Position numbers and translations under genes: made by a program. A DNA stretch of 64,000 bases from Heteronotia binoei (Eukaryota): the NCBI RefSeq assembly GCF_032191835.1, contig NC_083239.1, positions 32,984,001 through 33,048,000 of the forward strand, read 5' to 3'. Under the pieces are notes generated by a model, which saw only the letters and a list, made by a program, of their open reading frames with translations, made no database searches and had not been told where the DNA came from. This document shows positions 48,430 through 64,000 of the stretch, one piece after another. How positions within the stretch are numbered: the first letter of the stretch is position 1; every line of letters starts with the position of its first letter.

Positions 48430-49375
48430 ACCCACAAAGGGGGGAAGCCCTTTGAATGCTCAGCATAAGAGATTCAGTCAGAGTGACCATTTTCGACAGC
48501 ATCAATTAACCCACACATGGAAGAAGCTGTTTGAATACTCAGTATGTAGGAAGAGATTCAGTTTCAGGAGTACTCTTCAACATTGTTAGCAAATCTACAC
48601 AGGTGAGAAGCCGTTTAAATGCTCAGTTTGTGAAGACATTCAGTTCCAGAGCCAATTTGGTGTAGTGTCTAAGTGCACAGACTCTTATCTGGGAGAACCG
48701 GGTTTGATTCCCCACTCCTCTACATGCAGCTGCTGGAATGGCCTTGGGTCAGCCATAGCTCTTGCAGTTGTCCTTGAAAGGGCAGCTGCTGTAAAAAGCT
48801 CTCTCAGCCCCACCTACCTCACAGAGTGTCTGTTGTGGGGGGGGGGGGGGAAGGTAGAGGAGATTGTGACTCTGAGATTCAGAGTATAGGGTGGGATATA
48901 AATCCAATATCTTCTTCTCTTCAACATCATTAATCAACCCATACTGGGGAGAACCCCTTTGAATGCTCAGAGTGTGAGAAGTGATTCAGTGAGAAAGGCA
49001 ATGGCCAAAGTCATCAACAAACCCACACTGGAGAGGAGCCCTTTTAATTATCAAAGCGTGGGATGAGATTCTGTCAAAGTGGCCATTTTTAACAGCCTGA
49101 ACAAACCCACACAGGGAGGCAGCCCTTTGAATGCTCAGAGCACGGAGAGACTCAGTCACATCACAGTAACACTCTTCAGTGAACCCACACAGGGGAGAAG
49201 CCTTTTGAATACTCAGTATGTGGGAAGAGATTCAGTCTCAGTAGCTCTCTTTAAGAGCATTGAAGAACCTACACAGGAGGTCCTCAGAGGGTTTAATGAA
49301 ATTCTGTCAGAGAGGCGCTCTTGAACAGCATTTAACAACCTACTTAAGGCAAAACCATGTGTCTACTTATCCCAG
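48430..49375 (+). pseudogene. Decayed zinc-finger repeats downstream of the unit 3 stop (about nine degenerate units counting the frameshifted one)
   Basis: Recognisable aagcc(c/t)tttgaatgctcag...cagcatcaa...acccacaca 84-nt units with stops and indels, interrupted by a SINE. Confidence 0.85.
48648..48922 (+). mobile_element. Near full-length Squam3-like SINE inserted in a decayed finger
   Basis: gagccaatttggtgtagtgtctaagtgcacagactcttatctgggagaaccgggtttgattcccc head to (tct)n tail; finger sequence resumes at 48923. Confidence 0.88.
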
Positions 49376-49800
49376 AGTTCTCAATTTAATTTGTTAGGAG
49401 GGCTGGATGGGACATAAATGTCACCGACAGGCTGGGCCATGTAAGTCATAAAATCAAATTCCAGGAATCAAAGTTAAAAACTTCAGAAAGGACACAGGCA
49501 GATGCCATTAATGATATCAATTTTTACTCAAAATACAAAAAATCCTACAATATTTCCTTTATTTAGAAGTCTTTTTAATTGACACATCTTGCTCTGAATT
49601 ACTGCATCAAAATTTGGAGGCAGTATCTCAGCTGTAAAAGCCCTGAGTATGCTGTTTAGTTGTGTATCTTTAGGAATGTACTTTTGATTTATGGACGTTT
49701 TATTACAGAAAAGAGCTGTTCACTGATGTATGTTGTTACAAATATATTTATCGATTTATCATATGTCAGAGTTACACACACAAAGCATATAACAATATAA

Positions 49801-49806
49801 AATAAA
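49801..49806 (+). terminator. Candidate polyadenylation signal of unit 3
   Basis: AATAAA in an AT-rich stretch downstream of the decayed finger tail; position only, no transcript support. Confidence 0.4.
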
Positions 49807-50744
49807 TAACCAAGTTGATAAAATGGTTTTACAGACTTGAGTAGTTCCCCCAAGATACTACTATATAACTTTTAAATCCACTGAGTCATATCTGGGGAGA
49901 GTTCAAAAAGCTGTCACAGCTCCCTGGGAAGCACAATGCTCACATTCCTGAGAGATAGGAAATATTTTGGTAGCCTGCACCACAAGCATATTAGGTTAAT
50001 AGTATTTTGCCCTATTTTTTTTTTAAGAAAAACAGGTTTGCACAACTAACAAAGCCTGTTCATATTCTATTACCTGGCAGGAAAAACAACATGATGGGAT
50101 CACAGTTCATAGTAAAGAACATACAGACAAACAACACTGATATGCTGGCTAACATATTTAGTAAAACTTTATCAAAAGTATTATATCACGGTTCTTACAA
50201 AGCTATTTGTCATATTAGAAGGAAATACAATGTTACAACAAAATCCATCAAATGAGCACCCGGTTTAGGCTCATTTCATCAAATTCTTTGTCAAGGATGT
50301 TCCTGTACATGTCAAGGTTATCAACCTCCTGTTATATTATATGTATTAGGAGCAAATCAGTCCATAACTACTTCTAAAACAGATGCAAAAGCCTTCTGGT
50401 TTTGATTGGTAAATGCTCTCTGTAATCTCTTTGTTTCTTTCAAAATTATCATCCCCTCAGTATCACTTGTGCTTAAATTTATATGCCACTTTTAAGTCAG
50501 TCCTGAACCTAATCTGTTGCAAAAGCCTTCACAGATTAGGTGGCAGAATGCTTTTTTTGACTGGCAAATATGCTCTCTTTTATCACATAAATGGTTTAAT
50601 TTTGGAGCAAGATAGTTCTAAATTTCTTTAACAGATACAATAATTAGAAGGTTTTGTAAGAATTGTGATATAGTACTTTTGATAAAGTTTTACTAAATAT
50701 TTTAGCCGGCATATCACAGTGTTGTTGTCTGCATATTCTATTAT

Positions 50745-50879
50745 CTGTCTGCTGCCCTTGAAGGAAGGTATAAGAAAATTCTATCTGCTCAGAGACTCTG
50801 CCAGTGCGAGTTGCGAGAAACAGAAACAATTGAACATGTGCTCCTAAAATGTCCTTGGTATAGTATAGCAAGGTCAGAA
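50745..50879 (+). mobile_element. LINE ORF2 C-terminal zinc-knuckle fragment
   Basis: Translates LSAALEGRYKKILSAQRLCQCELRETETIEHVLLKCPWYSIAR, similar to the 40833-41249 fragment. Confidence 0.7.
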
Positions 50880-52034
50880 GTCTTCAGCTTCCAGAGATTC
50901 CAGAAGTCAACGCAAAGTCCATGGTGCCCAGAACATAGGCGCAAGTGTACACCAGCCTGGAACACCAACAAGGGATAATGGCCAGGTGGCTTGGAGAGGT
51001 CGAACACTGAGGTCAGCAGGAGCTGAGGATCTTGTGCTACAAGCTGACCAAAGTGGTGAATGAATTCAGACTGCTGGAGGGATTCAGACTGGAGATCTGC
51101 AAGACACGATCAATCCTTTTATGGTTAACAAATGCAGCAGATTAACTTGATGAACTAGGACCAAGGCTGTAGTTGGGAGAAAAAGATTTCTGTATTCATA
51201 CTAACTTCTCTATTCATTTAATAAACTTTATAGAAAAAATTTATAACATTTGACTGGTTCCTTGTGTGCTCCTGCCCTGGGAACCCCTGGAGCCAGCTTG
51301 ATGACTCCTTGAGATGCAGAGTTCTAGCTCGCCTCCTTGTGGTGCAACCTGAATAATGCTAAAAAGCTAGAACTTTTGCCTGCCAGACAGTCCTAGGATC
51401 TCCTGGCTACACAGCACACATGTAGCCAACAATCAACCAATCAAACAGTCCTTCTCAGTACTACTTGTTAAGGGAATATTGAGGGTATAAGCAAGTCTAA
51501 ATGCCAATACTTGTCCCAAACATAGAATTTTAGCTGCATAAGCCTTAAGGTGGGGGTAATTTGGACCCCAAAACTATTAAATTTGCTAATGCCAACTTCA
51601 AAAAGCTTGTCCTTCAGCACAGCATCCCAGTGCTCCCCCACCTTTCTGCGATTTGTGGCATATTTGGATTGGTAGGTGGGGAGCAGTGTGAATGTCCTAT
51701 TCTGTTAACTGGGACCCACTATGAGCCATCCTTCTTGAATACACCTCCCACTGTAGAGAAACTTTTCCAGTGTTTCTCCCTCCCTTCTTGGCTATTAGGT
51801 CACACCCCTGACACCAAGCCAGCTGGAATTGTGTTCTTGCTAAAAAAAGAGCCCTGAATAACATAACATAAGGGATTGGGAGAAGGAAGCAAGAAAAATG
51901 AACTTTCTCCCTTCCCCATCACACATATTATAATCCTTAGAGTAGGGGAAGGTACAATTCCCAGTGGTAGCCAAGAACATAACTTCACTTATAAAAGGTT
52001 AGTTTAACATCAAATACTGGCGTCACTTAAATAT

Positions 52035-52305
52035 AAGAATTGCAGATTTATACCTCGCCCTTCTCTCTGAATCAGAGCCTCAGAGAGGCTTACAATCTCC
52101 CATATCTTCTCCCCCCACAACAGACACCCAGTGAGGTGGGTGGGGCTGAGAGGACTCTCACAGCAGCTGCCCTTTCAAGGACAACTGCGAGAGCTATGGC
52201 TAACCCAAGGCCATTCCAGCAGCTGCAAGTGGAGGAGTGGGGAATCAAACCCGATTCTCCCAGATAAGAGTCCATGCACTTAACCACTACACCAAACTGG
52301 CTCTC
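52035..52305 (-). mobile_element. Near full-length Squam3-like SINE
   Basis: Reverse complement of the 48648-48922 family, head ...cttaaccactacaccaaactggctctc. Confidence 0.88.
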
Positions 52306-52654
52306 TATATGGGTTTGGAAGAAGGAAGCACACGTCACAGCAAAAAAAGACATTTTAATTTTTTTTTAAACTAGACATTTTGTTGCTTTATTTACATCAT
52401 TTGGCCTTTAAAAAAAAAAAGCAAAAGTCAAAATGTTTAGAAAATGCTCAGCCAGGGAAGTGATGCTGGGTGATCAACCCATTGGGTAGTGCCAAGTAGT
52501 CGTGATCAGGAACAAAGGAGGAAGGAGCTTCTCACTGTGCCTTCTGGGCTGGCAAAGGTAAGAGTGCTTGCCTTGGCCCTGTTCTGGAAAATCACTAGTC
52601 TGTAAGAAAGAAGAGAGACCAGCTCTCTACACAAGTGTTGATGGGGAGCATACT

Positions 52655-53048
52655 TGCTCTTGGAGAGGAGGCAGCTGAGAGGTGATATGATCACCATCTT
52701 CAAGTACCTGTAGGGCTGTCATATTGAGGATGGTATGGAATAGTCTTCTGTGGCCCCAGGAGGTAAGACCAGAACCAATGAGTTGAAATTAAATCAGAAG
52801 AGTTTCCAGCTCATCATTAGGAAGAACTTCCTGACAGAGCGGTTCCTCAGTGGAACAGGCTTCCTCGGGAGGTGGTGGGCTCTCCTTCCTTGGAGGTTTT
52901 TAAACAGAGGTTAGATGGCCATCTGACAGCAACGCTGATCTTGTGAATTTAGGGGGAGGTATTTGTGAATTTCCTGTATTGTGCAGGGGGTTGGACTAGA
53001 TGACCCTGGAGATCCCTTCCAACTCTATGATTCTGTGATTTTCTGATT
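52655..53048 (+). mobile_element. CR1 LINE 3' fragment (second subfamily)
   Basis: gaggcagctgagaggtgatatgatc...ggaagaacttcctgacag...gttggactagatgaccctggagatcccttccaactctatgattctgtgatt. Confidence 0.88.
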
Positions 53049-53976
53049 CCGGGGGCCTTGCTATGACGCCATCCAGGATGATGGCTCACTTGCTTCCCTA
53101 CCTCATGGGCAGAGGGTCACACCAAAAGATGTCCCAAAGAGCAGCCATCGCCCTTAGGGTTAATGCAGCAGGTGGGAAAAAGGGCTGGGACTGTCAAACC
53201 CCCCAAGAGCAGGGACTGGGGGGAGGCTGCCATCATGTCATGTCATGTCATCGTGTTGCAGCCTCTTGCTTCTTTTCTCCCCAGTCCGCAATGGTGACCC
53301 AAAGCGACTTACAACCTTGTTCTCCCCTCCTCCCTTTGATGGGGATGGAGCCTGGGGGGGGGGACAGGGGCCTCAGTGGGGTACAATGCTAGAGAGGCAT
53401 TGGTTGACAGAGAGTGGGGTACAGTGCTCACCCTCCAGAACATCCATTTTCTCCAAGGGAACTGATCTCTGTAGTCTGGAGAAAAACTGTAATTCTTGAG
53501 GATCTCCAGGTCCAACCTGGAGGCTGGCATCCCTAAAACTTGGCAGTACCAAAGTCATCGGGAGTTTTTCCCAAATCAGTACTGCAATACAGTTTGGTCC
53601 TCCTGAGAAGCCGCGCGGGGTGCACGAGGAGGGGGGATGCAGAGCAGAGCCGGCCCTAGAATATCTGGTGCCCTAGGCAAGGCTAACTTCTGGTGCACCC
53701 CCCCCCCCCCCGATAACCAATTTTCAAAAACATGAGTTGTGGGGAAAATGAAAAGCACTAATGTACACTTCCATGTTCATACCCTGTGTTAGCTGCAGGG
53801 ATTAGGGAATGACACCAGCTACTTTGAAAATAACTTCTATTGGGGGGCAGCGAATGCAGAACTCACTGTGTAAGGGGGGGGGGGGGGGGCTGGACCACTG
53901 GGGAGGGCCACTTCTTCCCCTGCATCCTGAAACAGACCTAATTCCTGCAGGGGAGGGGAGACATCAGCATTACAAG

Positions 53977-54167
53977 CAGTGTTCCCTCTAATCTGAGTTA
54001 GTGTGAGATGGGTCACAATTAAACCTCCAGCTCATACATTTTTGACTTAGCTAAGAAAAAATGGCCCCAGAGCACACTATTTTATGCAGTAGCTCACAAC
54101 TTTAATACCAGTAGCTCACGAAGTAGAATGTTTGTTTATAAGACTCCACAGCTTAGATAGAACTCTG
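53977..54167. mobile_element. hAT-type MITE (CAGTGTTCCCTCTAA family)
   Basis: cagtgttccctctaa...ttagatagaactctg; perfect TSD ATTACAAG. Confidence 0.88.
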
Positions 54168-55249
54168 ATTACAAGCTCTCCCCACCCCAACCCCCGTCCA
54201 AAATTGAACCAGTGCACATGGAGACCAAGCTAGTTATGGTATCACACCAGTTATGGTACAATCTATGACCACTTTAAAAATCATGGAGAGGCTTGACACT
54301 GTGTGTGGGTGTGGAAGAGAGAGAGAACTGATGCATCAATGGGCTTTGTGTAGCAAACTGCACAAATAATGCCAATCGCATTCATAAAAGATTTTATACC
54401 ACTTCTTTATTTTAAATAGTTTCAAGGTGGTTAAAAAACCAAAATCTTATTAAAACTGAAAGATCAAAAAGATTAATAGCTAACAGTGAAAGGACTATGC
54501 TGTGTGGAATATTACTTTGTTAATGGTAACAAGGAAGCACATAGGTCTTCAGTAGCCACACAAGTAATCCTATTTTAATCCATGAGGAAATGGAGAATCA
54601 TTCTAACAGAAATTAAGGCTGTTGACACAGTCCCTCACCCACAGGAATTAAGCTCTCACAAGAACAGAGCTAAAGTTTCCAAACCTAGCTGATGACTTCT
54701 TTTCTACACACTGCAACACCTGAATTCTATCCGCCTAGCTACATATTCCCAAAATTATATGAAAATATCCAAAATTCACTGTTGATAAAGCACTGAATTA
54801 GGGCTGTATTTCTTAATCCTCTCTTGTATTTGTAGATGTTATTCAGCTCTAAAAAAGAATCTTGATCTTCAGAGCTTATCTTCCAGGAATTACAAATTAT
54901 TATACTTATAGACAGATACAAATGCAGTAGCACATCTAAAACTTCTTCCAAAATTATAAATAGACCCTCTCCTATTAATACTACAAGCATCTTAAAAGGA
55001 CTATATGAACGGTTATTAGGATATGCTTTGGCAGACTGTGAAAATCTATCAGAGAGAGGGAGAGAGAGGAAGAGAGAGAACTAGATTTTTTTAAAAAGGC
55101 TGTTTTTTCCAACTTGACTGTTGGGGGAACAGTCTATCTACTAACCTCCCCCCCAAAAAGTGTGCCAGTTTGGGAAGCCTCTCTGCCCGGGGGGCGGGGG
55201 CGGTGTTTAAAGAAAACACTTTTTTTTTCCTATTCAACCATCCCATTTT

Positions 55250-55619
55250 CTGAGTTGGCTGAACAGAATTGCATACCGTGGGTGCAAAATCCTGTGCAGT
55301 TACTCCAGAGCAGTCTCATTGAGCTGCAAAGGATTTAAGGGACGCCAACCTGGCTGAAGTCCGCTTGTTTAGGTCTGGACGCTGCTCCTGTCCTGGGGGA
55401 GAGGACGAAAAATATAGTTGCATTCATCTGCAGCACTGAAAGAGTTAAACCAAGCGAGCTGTTTGCTAGAGAGGCCAAGCAAGGAGGGGGCGGAAGTGGA
55501 AAGGCTGTTTTCCTGTTCGGGGAGGGGAGAGTTTGGCTTCTGAATCGCCAAAGAGAACTGGAGGGGCTTGAGATGTACATCAGCAGAGGGAAGCTGGGAA
55601 GGTTTCCTTACAGGTAAGA
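55250..55619 (+). promoter_or_regulatory. Unit 4 promoter/first non-coding exon
   Basis: GGGGCGGAAGTG at 55487-55498; donor TACAG|GTAAGA at 55613/55614. Confidence 0.6.
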
Positions 55620-57013
55620 CGCGGGGCGGGAGGAGGGATAAGCTCTTTGGATCTTGGAAAAGAGGGATGCTGGCTGTCATGACTAGATCCAGGTGGGCAG
55701 CCGCATTGGTCTGAAGCAGCGGAACAACGGTTAACTCCACTGGCACCTTTAAGACCAAGAAATGTTTATTCAAGGTATAAGCTTTTCTGTGGAAGCTCAT
55801 TGCTACAGATAAATTGAAGTGGAAGTTACCTGTCCATACATATAGGTAGGGGGAGAGCAGCAAATTAATAATATATAACATAATCTAAATGTCTGGTGAA
55901 GCCTGCTTAGAGCATACGAAAGCTTACATTCTGAATACAACTTAGTTGGTCTTAAAGGTACGACTTGTCTACTGCTTTGTTCTGTTGCTTCAGACCAACA
56001 CTGCTGCCCACTTGGATCTATAATCAAGATGTTTAACAGATGCCAGGACCAAATAGGATTAACAAGCTAAGTTTATATGGTTACCATTTGTTTGGGTTTA
56101 ATTCCAAGGTGGAAACTTTAAAATTGGAGATTGATGGGCAAATGGGTTCTTCTTAATTGAGGAATGCTCAAGAAATTAACTGAGACCCTGTTGTTATGCT
56201 CCATCCTGCTCCTCTCAAACTTAGTACGGTCTCAGTGAATTACTCTCAGGGGCTTCAAATACTTTTGAAGTGTGATTTTTGTAATGTATGTCTTAAATTT
56301 GTTAGCTGTCTTGGTGGCCCTTGTGAGGACAGAGAGGTGGGATCTTTGTAAATGAAAAATTCTCATCCAGAGAGGTCCTAGGGTGGTGCAGAAAGGAGTC
56401 CCATGCCTGATCAGGAGGGGAGGAATCATTCATGCCAATTCAGCCAGTGTTCCCTGCCCCATCTGACCTTTCCCTGGGGGTTCAGTGCCTCCCCCTGCTC
56501 CTGGCAGCGCCTCTGCCCTAACCTGGAGAGATTGGACAACCCCTCTGCTGGCTGCTGGGATGAAGCTGTTGCCTGACACTTCCACTTTATTGAGGTAATA
56601 TAGGCAATACAGAAGCCAATAATAGTTGCTTTATCCAGGGCTCCAGTTTCCATTGAAACATAGCCTCTAGAACAGACTGATTTCCCAGTCATCTAAAACC
56701 AAGATAATATCATCAGCAACAAACCTTTAAAGAGCCAAATATAGAGAGGGTTTACATTCCTGAAGGACCAAGCAGGCATATATAACAAAGCTTGATACAT
56801 AATATAGCAGAATGCCATTAGTCTTGACCCACAAACTACAACACTGATGCTTCTTTTAATCCACTGGGCCAATCCTTTGATGTCTTTGGCGATGGTCAGT
56901 GCTGTCGCTCCATTCCCATTTGGTTTCTTTCTGCCTTTTTGATTTCCTTTCCTCTTCGTAGCCATATGAGTAAGGCTTTATGGCCAGAGCTGGAGGCACC
57001 CCAAGAGAAGGAG

Positions 57014-64000
<6,987 letters not shown>

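Noticed and set aside
48648-52305. Oppositely oriented Squam3-like SINE pair that could form 3'UTR dsRNA
   Set aside because: A candidate AATAAA at 49801 lies between them, so the second copy is probably outside the transcript
54590-55030. AT-rich stretch with a faint LKFPNL motif suggestive of an old L1 ORF2
   Set aside because: Multiple stops and too little similarity to support without an alignment
55683-56020. Inverted pair of Penelope-like short repeats in intron 1 of gene 4
   Set aside because: Arms are diverged copies of a very common repeat; chance juxtaposition is sufficient

Overview
Eukaryotic (vertebrate, most likely squamate/gecko-type judging from the SINE, CR1 and MITE repertoire) genomic DNA containing a head-to-tail tandem array of four paralogous + strand SCAN-KRAB-C2H2 zinc-finger (ZKSCAN-like) genes; SCAN ATGs are at 7855, 21598, 40122 and 57014 (about 14-19 kb apart). 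Each unit has the same inferred layout: GC/ETS promoter with a non-coding first exon, SCAN exon, 115-nt and 71-nt spacer exons, 127-nt KRAB-A exon, 108/126-nt acidic linker exon, and a large C2H2 exon. Spliced models for units 1 and 2 are frame-consistent (821 and 997 aa; 13 and 20 intact fingers). Unit 3 has two nonsense codons in its SCAN exon but intact downstream exons (candidate SCAN-less KRAB-ZFP, 736 aa, 16 intact fingers) and a decayed finger tail. Unit 4 has a tandemly duplicated linker exon and runs off the window end. Main observations: the linker exon appears to be an exonised relic of a duplicated zinc-finger exon; units 1 and 2 share a TAG inside their last finger; a ~3.9-kb composite Helitron-like insertion (A|TC...hairpin-CTAG|T, empty site visible in a paralog) lies behind gene 2; many unit-private hAT MITEs, SINEs, CR1/other LINE fragments and long palindromes are present. 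Exon models come from splice consensus, frame arithmetic and paralog comparison by eye; there is no transcript evidence and TE family names are recalled resemblances, not database hits.
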